From assembly GCA_964530795.1 (NCBI GenBank), contig CAZHBX010000006.1:512-64511 (forward strand): a stretch of DNA of 64,000 nucleotides. Reading direction: 5' to 3'. Position 1 is the stretch's first letter. Every line of letters begins with the position of its first letter. Below the pieces are notes generated by a model. That model was not told the DNA's origin. It did not search any database and worked only from the letters and a program-made list of their open reading frames with translations. Positions 25,906 through 35,228 of this stretch are shown piece by piece. Source of the DNA: an uncultured Ruminococcus sp. (GTDB lineage: Bacteria; Bacillota; Clostridia; Oscillospirales; CAG-382). Both the position numbers and the translations under genes were made by a program.

Positions 25906-27120
25906 TCAACCCGCGTCCGACGGTTTGCAGGAGCTACAGGGGGTGTAGCCTTCCGCCTCAAGTTCGGAAACGGTCTTATCGGATTCCGTGCGATTCTGCG
26001 GGGCAATCGAATCAACGTACTGGCAGTCCGGGCGATGGATCTTATGGTTGGAGGTGTTGAGTACCCATGTTTGTCCGCCCGCTTCCGGTTCGCTTTCGGT
26101 CTGGGATGTGTTCTCCGATTCGCTTTCGGCTTGGGATGTGCTCTCCGCCCCGCTTTCCGACGGGTCCCCTCCCTGCCCTCTTTGTGTCTCGACGGTCAGC
26201 GTTTTGCCATCCGTACGCACGGTCACCGTGCCGACGAGGTCGGTCCGCAGGATCTCTGCCCCGCAAGCTTGCAGGCGGGAGAGCGCTTCCTCGTGCGGAT
26301 GTCCGTAGGAGTTCCCTTCCCCGCAGGAGATGATGGCGTACGTCGGGGTCGCCCGGCGGAGAAAGTCGCTGCCCGAAGCGGTGCGGCTACCGTGATGGCC
26401 GACCTTGAGTACGTCGCAGTTAATGTCACCCTGCAGCGAATCCTCGATCGACGTATCCGCGTCGCCCATGAACAGGAACGTTCGTTCCCCGTAGGTCAGG
26501 AGCAGGACCGCCGAGTTGCGGTTTTGATCGTCCTCGTCGATGACCGACGGGGCAAGGAATTTCGCCTGCACGTCCCCGGACAGCAGCGTAACGCCCGTCT
26601 CCGCGGCTTCCGCGGGGATGTCCCGCTCGAGGATAGTCTCCGCCATGCCGACGTAAGTTGCCGTGTCGGCGCTGACGTCTGGCAGGTAAATGCAGCCGAT
26701 CTCAAAGGATTTCAGCACCTGTTCCATCCCGCCGATGTGGTCGGCGTGCGGGTGCGTGGCAACGACGTAGTCAATGCGGTCGTAGGAGAGCGCACGGATG
26801 GCGTCAACGATCCGGTCCCCGTATTCCGAAATTGAAGCGTCGATGAGCATGCACTTTCCGTCCGGAAGCTCGATAAAGATGGAATCTCCTTGCCCGACAT
26901 CTAAATAATGTACCGCGAGTTCCCCGTTCGGTGCCGGTTCGATATTGGACGGTAAGAAATCGACCTCTGTGCCGCTCGCTTCAATACTTTCGGTGACACT
27001 TAAAACCCCGCTCGGAACCGATGTGCCGGTGGACAGCGAGTCCTCCAGCGGCGCGCAGGCAAAGAGCGCAGTTACCGTGCAGAGCGCGAGCAGCACCGTC
27101 AAAGCCCTTTTGATACCCAT
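25906..27120 (-). CDS. secreted (probable lipoprotein) MBL-fold metallo-hydrolase related to the ComEC C-terminal domain, with a C-terminal Cys-rich tail
   Basis: GGAGG RBS before ATG 27120. Lipobox-like LFAC. MBL motifs VHYLDVGQGDS and ATHPHADHIGG and GHHGS. The tail reads HRPDCQYV..PCSSCKP. Confidence 0.8.
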   Translation of the reverse strand: MGIKRALTVLLALCTVTALFACAPLEDSLSTGTSVPSGVLSVTESIEASGTEVDFLPSNIEPAPNGELAVHYLDVGQGDSIFIELPDGKCMLIDASISEYGDRIVDAIRALSYDRIDYVVATHPHADHIGGMEQVLKSFEIGCIYLPDVSADTATYVGMAETILERDIPAEAAETGVTLLSGDVQAKFLAPSVIDEDDQNRNSAVLLLTYGERTFLFMGDADTSIEDSLQGDINCDVLKVGHHGSRTASGSDFLRRATPTYAIISCGEGNSYGHPHEEALSRLQACGAEILRTDLVGTVTVRTDGKTLTVETQRGQGGDPSESGAESTSQAESESENTSQTESEPEAGGQTWVLNTSNHKIHRPDCQYVDSIAPQNRTESDKTVSELEAEGYTPCSSCKPSDAG

Positions 27121-27152
27121 GAAAACCTCCTTCTTTCGACGCGTTTCGCGCC

Positions 27153-27181
27153 GCATAACGCGGACAGGCATTGCATACAAT
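27153..27181 (+). promoter_or_regulatory. sigma-E-like sporulation promoter upstream of yunB (GCATAAC-14-CATACAAT)
   Basis: The -10 matches the CATACA.T consensus. It lies about 45 nt upstream of ATG 27224. Confidence 0.4.
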
Positions 27182-27223
27182 GCAAATAAGATTTCCCTCG
27201 GAAACGGAGTCTCCCGACCGCAA

Positions 27224-27823
27224 ATGAAGAAATGGAAACGCCTCCTTCTGCTGTTCCTCGTCCTGACGCTGCTGGTCTGCGGCTGCATGGGATTCACTCG
27301 CCGGTTGGAAACGGCAATGAAGATCTTCGCGCAGTCATCCGGCAGCGCCATGCTGTCTCTCGCGCTGCAGCAGGCGCTCTACGACGAGATCAGCAAGCGG
27401 ACGGAAGAATATGTGGCCGTCGAGCAGGACACATCCGGACGCATTACAGCTGTTCGTGTGCATTCCGACGCCCTCTCCCTGCTCGCGTCGGAGCTGACCA
27501 TCGTGCTGTTGGAGACCTTGCAGGATTACCGGAGCGACAGCTTCGGCGTGCCGCTCGGCAACCTGACCGGCTCCGCTCTGCTTTCCGGGCGGGGTCCGGT
27601 GATCCCCGTCCGTCCGGTTTCGACCGGCAACGTCGCGAGCGAACTGCGCAGTACGCTTGAAAGCGCCGGTATCAACCAAACCCTGCATCGGGTCGCCCTG
27701 CATTTCACCGTAACCGTCAACTATTTAGCTCCGCTGGAATCCTATATGGACACGCTCTCCTTCGACGTGCTCATCGCGGAGACGCTGGTTGTCGGCGAGG
27801 TGCCGATCCTGTTTCATTCATGA
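27224..27823 (+). CDS. yunB: sporulation protein YunB
   Basis: N-terminal TM helix. The core VPLGNLTGSALLSGRGPVIPVRP..GINQTLHRVALHFTVTV..VVGEVP is colinear with B. subtilis YunB (IPLGQVTGNSLLGNLGPKIPVRF..). Confidence 0.75.
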   Translation: MKKWKRLLLLFLVLTLLVCGCMGFTRRLETAMKIFAQSSGSAMLSLALQQALYDEISKRTEEYVAVEQDTSGRITAVRVHSDALSLLASELTIVLLETLQDYRSDSFGVPLGNLTGSALLSGRGPVIPVRPVSTGNVASELRSTLESAGINQTLHRVALHFTVTVNYLAPLESYMDTLSFDVLIAETLVVGEVPILFHS

Positions 27824-28596
27824 CGACGGTTTTCCGAAAGCTGCCGGCCGATCTCGAACGAGATGATCGAGATCGCCCCGCAAGCCGGCAGCGAATAGTG
27901 GCAGTTCCGCGGATAGCGGATCTTCACGACCGCGTCGCAAAGCTCGAGTACTCCCGCGGAGATTCCGCGCTTTTCCCCGCCGTAAATGACGCAGAGCGGA
28001 CGGCGAAAGGACATTCGGTACAGATCCCGCGCACGGTCGGACTTCGCCGTCGCGACCAGGCGAATTCCCTGCGCCTTCATTCGTTCGCACGCCTCGCGCA
28101 GGTCCGGCACGGCGCAGCAGGGCAAAAGTTCCGACGCCCCCGCCGAGGAGCGCACGACCGCCTCAGACGCTGTAAAAAAGTTCCGCTCGGACAGGAATAC
28201 CCCGTCCACCCCCGCCGCATACAGCGCCCGCAAAGCGTAGCCAAAGTTGAACGGGTCCTCGATCCCATCAAGCACGGTGAAATAGCCGTTTTTCTTTTGC
28301 AGCAGTTCCTCCGGCGAAGAGAATTTCCGCTCTCCGACTTCCGCCGCGATGCCGCCCGCGCTTCCGCTGCCGACCAAGGCGGAAAAGGTTTCTTTCTCTA
28401 TGTACTCCACCGGGACCCCGGTGGAAAACAGCCACGCGTACTGCCGTTTCTCCGTCGTGTGAAAGTCGGAACGGGAGACCGTCTCGTAGCGCTCCCGTTC
28501 GAGCAAAATCCGATAGACTTCCCGACTCCTCGCCATCAGGATACTCTTGACAGACACAAAGCCACTAACCGTTTGTTTCTCCATCTTCCGTTTCAA
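27814..28596 (-). CDS. TrmH/SpoU-family RNA 2'-O-methyltransferase (RlmB-like)
   Basis: LDGIEDPFNFGYALRALYAAGVDG and the knot-region motifs VIYGGEKRGIS and IRYPRNCHYSLPACGAISII. Confidence 0.8.
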   Translation of the reverse strand: MKRKMEKQTVSGFVSVKSILMARSREVYRILLERERYETVSRSDFHTTEKRQYAWLFSTGVPVEYIEKETFSALVGSGSAGGIAAEVGERKFSSPEELLQKKNGYFTVLDGIEDPFNFGYALRALYAAGVDGVFLSERNFFTASEAVVRSSAGASELLPCCAVPDLREACERMKAQGIRLVATAKSDRARDLYRMSFRRPLCVIYGGEKRGISAGVLELCDAVVKIRYPRNCHYSLPACGAISIISFEIGRQLSENRRHE

Positions 28597-29911
28597 TGCC
28601 CGCCAGAGCGGAAAGGTGCGGCGGGTACTCTCCTTTTACGGTGTTGGTCACGTAGGACAGGAACAGCACATCATGAAACGAACCGTCCGCGAACAGTCCG
28701 GCGAAGTCACCCGGATAGGACGCGACGTCAACGTACTGGATCTCCGTATAATTTTCAATTAAGAACGGGAGCATCGCGGCCGCGCAGCCGTCCCCGACCA
28801 TCAGCAGCCTGCGCCCGGAGGTGCAGGGAGACTGGATGCGGAAATTCTGCCCGCCTCCGCCGAGGTAGACGTTGTACGCCCCGGAAACGTCCCCGGTCGC
28901 ATTCCCGGCGAGCGTAGCGGTTCGGTAAATGTTTCCGTTGCTGTAGACAGTCACCTTGCAGGCGTCCGTGTCCGCGTTGCGATAATAGCGGAAGGTGTCG
29001 GCGTTCTGCCGCAGGGATTCGGACTGGGTCGCGGTATAGAACGAACCGAGGAAGCCCTCAATCTTCTGCTCCTCATAGACGTCAAGCGAAACCGGCGCAA
29101 GCCCGCTCGCTTCGCAGTACTGCTGATACGCAAGGTAGGCGGCGTCCGACGTCCAGTTGCGGTCGGTTTTGAAGAACAGTTCGGCGTCCTCCTGATAGGC
29201 GCTTTGAAAGGATTCAAACAGATTAATGACTGAAACGTCCGGCTTGAGATGCTCCTCGACCGTGCCGAGGAATCCCTCCTGCCAGGAATTGAAAAAATTG
29301 TCCTCCCGCTTGATGTCGTCGCTGATTTCCTCATAGAGGAAACCGATCCGGGTTGGGACAGGCATACAGTAGACGGCCGTACCCTCCGGAACGTTCTGCG
29401 CGAGCGTGCGGATGCCGTTCAAGTATTTTTCCAGCGTTGCGGAGCTATAGTTGAACTGCTCGACGCCGACGCCGTGGTAGAGATAGGTGTACCCCATCGC
29501 GTTGATGACCCAGCCGTGAGCGGGTTCCTCCAGCCCGGAGGTTTCCGGTTCGGAGGTTTCCGGGTTGGACGGTTCGCTTTCGGCCGGCTCCACGAACGGA
29601 ATCGAAATCTCATCCATGCTTTCGTCCGACGTTTCCTGTGAAACGGTTTGCCCACTCTCGGTGTCCGAAATCGGCTCCGTCGGTTCTTCCCCGCTCCGAC
29701 GCAGGAAAAGACTGACCGCGAATATGCCGCTCACGACCACGAGCAACGCGAGAACCGCGAGCAGCACCATCGGACCGACCGGACGTTCCGGACGTTTCGC
29801 CGACTCGGTTTCCCCGTCGTCGTCGAGCGGGACGGACTCTTCCGCCGGTTCCTGCACCTCCTGTTCATCCTCACAGTCGAACAGCCGATAGGTTTTTTCT
29901 TCTTCCATCAT
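28565..29911 (-). CDS. DHHW-family (AlgX/AlgJ SGNH-like) membrane-anchored extracellular protein with a degenerate motif
   Basis: Acidic cytoplasmic N-terminus, one TM helix, S/E/P-rich linker, then a domain with FFKTDRNWTSDAAYLAY where the family has TDHHWT. Start moved to ATG 29911 behind GGAAGGGGA. Confidence 0.55.
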   Translation of the reverse strand: MMEEEKTYRLFDCEDEQEVQEPAEESVPLDDDGETESAKRPERPVGPMVLLAVLALLVVVSGIFAVSLFLRRSGEEPTEPISDTESGQTVSQETSDESMDEISIPFVEPAESEPSNPETSEPETSGLEEPAHGWVINAMGYTYLYHGVGVEQFNYSSATLEKYLNGIRTLAQNVPEGTAVYCMPVPTRIGFLYEEISDDIKREDNFFNSWQEGFLGTVEEHLKPDVSVINLFESFQSAYQEDAELFFKTDRNWTSDAAYLAYQQYCEASGLAPVSLDVYEEQKIEGFLGSFYTATQSESLRQNADTFRYYRNADTDACKVTVYSNGNIYRTATLAGNATGDVSGAYNVYLGGGGQNFRIQSPCTSGRRLLMVGDGCAAAMLPFLIENYTEIQYVDVASYPGDFAGLFADGSFHDVLFLSYVTNTVKGEYPPHLSALAGIETEDGETNG

Positions 29912-29980
29912 CGCAATCCCCTTCCGTATCTGCTTTTTCTTTATAAAGAGTATCGCCGAACGATGCAAAAATGATACAAA

Positions 29981-30016
29981 AAGCGGGAGGCAAACAGTAC
30001 CTGCTCCCGCTTTTTC
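29981..30016 (-). terminator. terminator after ftsH
   Basis: GCGGGAG / CTCCCGC stem with T-runs on both strands (AAAAAGCGGGAG...CTCCCGCTTTTT). Confidence 0.65.
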
Positions 30017-30020
30017 GATT

Positions 30021-32000
30021 TTAGGAGGAGAAGTCGCCGTCTTGGGCGGAATGTTCGGTTTCGGAGGGGAGCTCTCCTTGCTTTCCCTTATCCCGAACCG
30101 CCCGGCGAGCGGTGTTTTCCGCCCGGTTGGCGTCCTTTTTGCGGGCGGTGACCGCTTGGAGCTGTTCCTCGGTCACGTCCTCGTTAAAGCAGAGCAGAAA
30201 CTGCTCGGCGTCCATGGTTTCGTGCTTGACAAGGTAGTCGGCGACGAAGTGCAGCACCCGCATATTCTCCCGCAGGATCTTTTCGGCGAGCTTCGACGCC
30301 TCGTCGATGATGCGGTGTACCTCTTCGTCGATTTCGGACGCAATCTTTTCGGAGTAGTTCTGGGTATGGTTAAAGTCCTTGCCGAGGAATACCTCATCGT
30401 TCGAAGAACCATAGGTGATTGGGCCGAGCCGATCGCTCATCCCGTAACGGGTGACCATCTTCCGGGCGATCTCGCTGGCGCGCTCGATGTCGTTCGAAGC
30501 GCCGCCGGAAACGTCGCCGAGGATCAGCAGCTCCGCCGCGCGCCCGGCAAGCAGACTCGTGATTTCCTCCTGCAGCTCCTTGCGGAAAACGCTAGTCTTA
30601 TCCGTCGTCGGCAGAGCGAGCGTATAGCCGAGCGCGCGTCCGCTCGGAATGATGGAGATCTGATGAATCGGGTCGTGCGTCGGCAGGAGATGCCCGACAA
30701 TGGCGTGGCCCGCTTCGTGGTAGGCGGTCTTGCGCTTTTCGTCCTCGGTGATGACCAGCGAGCGCTTCTGCGGACCAACGATAACCTTCAGCGTCGCGTC
30801 CTCGATGTCGGACATGTTGATGACCGCTTTCTTCCGACGCGCCGCGAGCAGCGCTGCCTCGTTGAGTACATTCGCGAGGTCCGCGCCGGTCATGCCAACA
30901 GTGGATTTCGCCACGACGTCCAGATCGACGTCCTCGCCGATCGGTTTATTCTTCGCGTGTACCCGCAGAATCGCCGCGCGTCCTTTCAGGTCGGGCAGGT
31001 TGACCGTGACCTGACGGTCAAAGCGGCCAGGGCGCATGAGCGCCGGGTCAAGGATGTCGGGCCGGTTGGTCGCCGCCATGACGATGACCCCGTCGTTGAC
31101 GCCAAAGCCGTCCATTTCAACCAGCAACTGGTTAAGGGTCTGTTCCCGTTCGTCGTGTCCGCCGCCCCAGCCGGCGCCTCTGTGGCGACCGACCGCGTCG
31201 ATTTCATCGATGAAAATGATGCAGGGAGCGGTTTTCTTCGCGGTTTCAAACAAGTCACGCACGCGGGACGCGCCAACGCCAACGTACATTTCCACAAAGT
31301 CGGAACCGGAAATCGAATAGAACGGCACGCCGCTTTCCCCGGCGACCGCTTTGGCAAGCAAGGTCTTCCCGGTGCCCGGAGGACCGATGAGCAGAACGCC
31401 CTTCGGGATCCGCGCACCGAGGTCGGAAAATTTATCCGGCTGCTTGAGAAACTCGACGACTTCCCGCAGTTCCTCCTTTTCCTCGTCCGCGCCCGCGACA
31501 TCGCGGAAATACACCTTGTTCTTTTCGTCCGAACCGAGCTTGGTGCGGGCCTTGCTAAACGAGTTCATCCGCCCGCCGAGCCCGCCGGAACCACCCTTGG
31601 ATGTCTTGGAGATGAAAAACCACCAAAAGAATCCGAGCATCACCAGCACCAACAGGTACGGCAGAAGCTGCACCCAGATGGAAACTTCCTGGGATTCATA
31701 TTCGAATACGGTGAGGGTGCCGTTTTCCAGCTGGCGGCTGATCTCCTCGCCCAGATCCTCGTAAAACAGCCCTATATCCCGCAATTTATGCTCGTAAACG
31801 GTGCCGTCCTTGGTGACGAAAGTCAGGACGTTGCGGGAGCTGACTTCAAATTCGGTGACCTGCTCCGCGCGGAACATTTGCAGGACCTGGCTGTACGGAA
31901 CTTCCTTCGCCCCGCTGCCGCTCATCAGTGCGCTAACGCAAAGGACCGCTAGTGCGATCACGACAATCCATATTAAGATGGATTTTCCATTATTTTTCAT
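30021..32000 (-). CDS. ftsH: ATP-dependent zinc metalloprotease FtsH
   Basis: Two TM helices, AAA+ Walker [12 protein letters not shown] region and the HEAGH zinc motif. Confidence 0.97.
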   Translation of the reverse strand: MKNNGKSILIWIVVIALAVLCVSALMSGSGAKEVPYSQVLQMFRAEQVTEFEVSSRNVLTFVTKDGTVYEHKLRDIGLFYEDLGEEISRQLENGTLTVFEYESQEVSIWVQLLPYLLVLVMLGFFWWFFISKTSKGGSGGLGGRMNSFSKARTKLGSDEKNKVYFRDVAGADEEKEELREVVEFLKQPDKFSDLGARIPKGVLLIGPPGTGKTLLAKAVAGESGVPFYSISGSDFVEMYVGVGASRVRDLFETAKKTAPCIIFIDEIDAVGRHRGAGWGGGHDEREQTLNQLLVEMDGFGVNDGVIVMAATNRPDILDPALMRPGRFDRQVTVNLPDLKGRAAILRVHAKNKPIGEDVDLDVVAKSTVGMTGADLANVLNEAALLAARRKKAVINMSDIEDATLKVIVGPQKRSLVITEDEKRKTAYHEAGHAIVGHLLPTHDPIHQISIIPSGRALGYTLALPTTDKTSVFRKELQEEITSLLAGRAAELLILGDVSGGASNDIERASEIARKMVTRYGMSDRLGPITYGSSNDEVFLGKDFNHTQNYSEKIASEIDEEVHRIIDEASKLAEKILRENMRVLHFVADYLVKHETMDAEQFLLCFNEDVTEEQLQAVTARKKDANRAENTARRAVRDKGKQGELPSETEHSAQDGDFSS

Positions 32001-33403
32001 CGGCTTTCATACCACCTTTCGGGCATTCTTTCGGCAATTTTCACCTGTATCACGAGAGACGAAGGACTTTCTTCCCGCTGATAAACGCGGTCGGCAACCC
32101 CGACGAACGGGACGCATAAAACCCCCTCCGCATCCACAAGCAGCGGGACGGCGTCCCGGACGGAAACAGGAAGCCCGCTTTCGGAAAATAACTTTTTCAC
32201 GCTCCGGTTCACGCCACGCAGCCGCAGACGGTCCCCGGGACGGCGAGACCTATATTGAATCATGCCACAAATCCCATCGCAAGACAAGGGAAACTCTGTT
32301 GATAAATTGTAAACAAATTCCCCGTCCTCGCAAGTTTTTTTCATTTTTGCCCCGCCGGATGTTACGATCAAGCGCACCGCCCCGCCGCAAAGCAGGGTTT
32401 CGCTCATCCGCAATTCCCCCGGTTCCAAGGGCGGAAGCGGCGGATTTTCCCGCTCGAACCGCAGCTTACCGCCCTTGAACAGGGCACGGTACCCGTTCGG
32501 CAAGCCGACGACGCCGTCCCTTCCCTTTTCCGCTAGGTTGCAAAGCGCGTCAAGATGCGGATAGCAGAGGTTTTTTCCGGTGCAGACTGCGTAATTCCGC
32601 GCGGCGACGCGCCGAAACAGCGCGGGCGGAAGCCCCGAAACGTCCTGGCACGCTTCAAACGGCGGCAAAAGCGAACGCAGGAACGCTTCGTCCTCCGACG
32701 CACAGCGCGAAAGACGAGAAACCGCGTCAACAACGGCAGGGTTGACCACCTCCATCGCCGGAAGCAGCGTTCGTCGCAGGTAGTTGCGGGTATGGCGCTC
32801 GCAGGCGTTGCTGGAATCCGTTCGAAACGGAATGTCCTGTTCCGCCGCATACGTTTGCAGTTCCGCGCGTGTCAGCGGCAGGAACGGCCGGAGATATTTC
32901 CCGCGGCGGGACGGAATCCCGCTCAGCCCGTCGACCGTCGTCCCGCGCAAAAGGCGGAACAGCACGGTTTCCGTCTGGTCATTTTTATGATGTGCAGTTG
33001 CAAAGAAATCGATTCCTTTTTTTTCCCCGAGCGTGTCGAACCACGTGTACCGCGCGTCCCGCGCCGCTTCCTCGAGCGATTTTCCACTCGCTTTCGCGTC
33101 CGCCGGGACGTCCGCGCTCCCGGTATAGAGCATCACGCCGAGTGACGAACAAACCGATTCGCAGAACGCTTCGTCCCGATCCGCTTCCTTCCCGCGGATG
33201 CGGTGATTGAAATGGCCGGCGGACAAACAAATCCCGGTTTCCTCCCGCAGAACGGAAAGCACCCGCAGCAGCACCGAAGAATCCAGTCCTCCGGAAAAGC
33301 AAACGCACACGCGCGTCCCTTCCCCGGCGCCGTTCTCCCGCAGGCAGTTTAGGACCGTTTCCTCCACCTTACTGCGCCGGCGCACCTTGCTCCTCCCGTT
33401 CAT
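31997..33403 (-). CDS. tilS: tRNA(Ile)-lysidine synthase
   Basis: PP-loop CFSGGLDSSVLL. The stop overlaps the ftsH ATG (ATGA). Start uncertain: ATG 33403 overlaps dnaB by 35 nt and has no clear RBS. Confidence 0.88.
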   Translation of the reverse strand: MNGRSKVRRRSKVEETVLNCLRENGAGEGTRVCVCFSGGLDSSVLLRVLSVLREETGICLSAGHFNHRIRGKEADRDEAFCESVCSSLGVMLYTGSADVPADAKASGKSLEEAARDARYTWFDTLGEKKGIDFFATAHHKNDQTETVLFRLLRGTTVDGLSGIPSRRGKYLRPFLPLTRAELQTYAAEQDIPFRTDSSNACERHTRNYLRRTLLPAMEVVNPAVVDAVSRLSRCASEDEAFLRSLLPPFEACQDVSGLPPALFRRVAARNYAVCTGKNLCYPHLDALCNLAEKGRDGVVGLPNGYRALFKGGKLRFERENPPLPPLEPGELRMSETLLCGGAVRLIVTSGGAKMKKTCEDGEFVYNLSTEFPLSCDGICGMIQYRSRRPGDRLRLRGVNRSVKKLFSESGLPVSVRDAVPLLVDAEGVLCVPFVGVADRVYQREESPSSLVIQVKIAERMPERWYESR

Positions 33404-34754
33404 CCGAGGTCACGAAGCGAAAATACTTGCCGTACCATGCAAGGCGCACCCGACCGGTCGAGCCGTGGCGGTTCTTCGCGATGATGCAGTCGCACATCTC
33501 GTGGTCAGACAGCTCATCCGCCGACTGTTCTGCCACGCGGTAGTAGTCCGCGCGGTGCAGCAGCAGGATAACGTCCGCGTCCTGCTCGATAGCGCCGGAA
33601 TCGCGCAGGTCGGTCATAGTGGGCTTGCGATGCTCCTCGTTCTGGTTCTTCTGGTCCTTCGGTCCGCGGGAGAGCTGGGAGCAGAGGATGACCGGCACCT
33701 CGAATTCCTTTGCCAAAATCTTCAGCGAACTGGTAATGTTCTGAATCTCCAGCACGCGGTTTTCCCGATTCTTTTCCTTTTCGTCACTATGCATCATTTG
33801 CAGATAGTCAATAACGACAAGCCCGAGGTTCTTGAGCTTGCGGAGTTTGGTCCTCATGGCCGTGACCGTGATCTGCGGGGTGTCGTCAATCCAGATCTCG
33901 GTTTCGTTCAGGACCGACATCGCGTCCCCGAGCCGTCGCCAGTCGTCGTCCGAAAGCTTTCCGTCCCGCATGCAGTAGCTGTCGATAAGCGCTTCCGAGC
34001 AGAGCAAACGGGAAGAAAGCTCTTCCGTGCGCATCTCCAGAGAGAAAATGGCGACATCCTTGCGGGTGCTCTTGGCAATGTTGCAGGCGATGTTGAGGGC
34101 AAAACTGGTTTTTCCCATGCCCGGCCGTGCGCCGACGATGATGAGTTCCCCGCCCCCAAGCCCGGCGAGGACCCGGTCGAGCTTTTCGTAATTCGTGCGG
34201 AGTCCAATCAGGGCGTTCGGATCGTTCTTGAGCAACAGCAGCTCGTCGTAATTCCGCAGGATCGCATCGCGGATATGGTCAAAATTTTTGTCGTACTTCC
34301 GGTCGGCGATCTTCGCGATACAGTTTTCCGCCTCGGCGAGCTGTTCGGCCGCGTCGCCGACTTCGCTGAACGCCCGCTCGGAAATCTTCTGCGACGCGTC
34401 GATGAGAGCGCGCAGCAGCGCCTTTTCCCGCACGATGCGGGCGTACTCCTCGATGTTCGAGGCTTCCGTCGCCTGGTCAATCAGGGTCTTGATGTATTTC
34501 GCCGCGTCCCCCTCGGTATAGGTACCCGTGCGGGTGAGCGTGTCGATAAGCGTAACGACGTCCACCTGTCGGTCGTCCAGGATCATTTTGACGAGCGCAG
34601 AATAGATCTGCTGGTGTTGCGGGAGATAAAACTCCTCCGCTTGCAGGAACGAGATTTCGTCAAATCGCACCGGGTCCATCAAGACGGTCCCGAGAATGGC
34701 TTTTTCCGCCTCAAGGGAATACGGCATCCTGCGGATGCTCTCCAGCTCTGTCAT
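33369..34754 (-). CDS. dnaB: replicative DNA helicase
   Basis: PYSLEAEKAILG N-terminus and Walker A GARPGMGKTSFALN with RecA-like motifs. Confidence 0.95.
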   Translation of the reverse strand: MTELESIRRMPYSLEAEKAILGTVLMDPVRFDEISFLQAEEFYLPQHQQIYSALVKMILDDRQVDVVTLIDTLTRTGTYTEGDAAKYIKTLIDQATEASNIEEYARIVREKALLRALIDASQKISERAFSEVGDAAEQLAEAENCIAKIADRKYDKNFDHIRDAILRNYDELLLLKNDPNALIGLRTNYEKLDRVLAGLGGGELIIVGARPGMGKTSFALNIACNIAKSTRKDVAIFSLEMRTEELSSRLLCSEALIDSYCMRDGKLSDDDWRRLGDAMSVLNETEIWIDDTPQITVTAMRTKLRKLKNLGLVVIDYLQMMHSDEKEKNRENRVLEIQNITSSLKILAKEFEVPVILCSQLSRGPKDQKNQNEEHRKPTMTDLRDSGAIEQDADVILLLHRADYYRVAEQSADELSDHEMCDCIIAKNRHGSTGRVRLAWYGKYFRFVTSDEREEQGAPAQ

Positions 34755-34760
34755 CTTTTC

Positions 34761-35204
34761 TTACGCCCTTACTGAAATTTTCAGGGTCGCGCTGATCTCG
34801 CGATAGAGTTTCACTTCCGCGGTGAAGTCACCAGTGGTCTTGATGGTCGTGCCGACGTCAATTTTCTTCTTATCAATTCTGATTCCATGCTCCTGTTCGA
34901 GCTTTTCGCTAACGTCCTTCGCCGTCACGGCGCCATACAGCCGCCCGTCCGTTCCACCGGTCGTCTTAAAGACTAGGCAGATTCCTTCGAGCTTGGTTTT
35001 CAGCTCAACGGCCGTCTTTCGCTCCTCGGCCTCGCGGAACGCGAGAGCTTCCTTGCGGTTCTTCAACTCGGTCAGCACCTGCGCGTCAGCGACCTTCGCG
35101 AGCTTGCGCGGAAGCAGGAAGTTCTTCGCGTACCCGTCCGAAACATTGACGAGGTCCCCCTTCTTCCCCTGCGATTTGACGTCTTCGAGTAAAATCACTT
35201 TCAT
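34761..35204 (-). CDS. rplI: 50S ribosomal protein L9
   Basis: [36 protein letters not shown]. Confidence 0.95.
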   Translation of the reverse strand: MKVILLEDVKSQGKKGDLVNVSDGYAKNFLLPRKLAKVADAQVLTELKNRKEALAFREAEERKTAVELKTKLEGICLVFKTTGGTDGRLYGAVTAKDVSEKLEQEHGIRIDKKKIDVGTTIKTTGDFTAEVKLYREISATLKISVRA

Positions 35205-35228
35205 TTCTTCGCTTCTCCCTTCACGTAT

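Noticed and set aside
26089-26160. A tandem repeat of about 30 bp (TTCGCTTTCGGTCTGGGATGTGTTCTCCGA x2 plus a partial third copy).
   Set aside because: It lies inside the MBL hydrolase gene and encodes a Ser/Glu/Thr-rich linker (SESENTSQTESE / GAESTSQAESE). It is a low-complexity coding repeat, not a CRISPR array or a regulatory repeat.
30042-31952. Very long antisense ORFs opposite real genes. Examples: 30042..31952 versus ftsH, 33207..34775 versus dnaB, 44365..45747 versus GGGtGRT, 10862..11929 versus UPF0210, 27820..28917, 52745..53374.
   Set aside because: Their compositions are Arg/Pro/Gly/Ala-heavy and low in complexity. They have no motifs or RBS, and each lies opposite a gene with unambiguous homology. 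This is the expected stop-codon-poor antisense frame of a high-GC genome.
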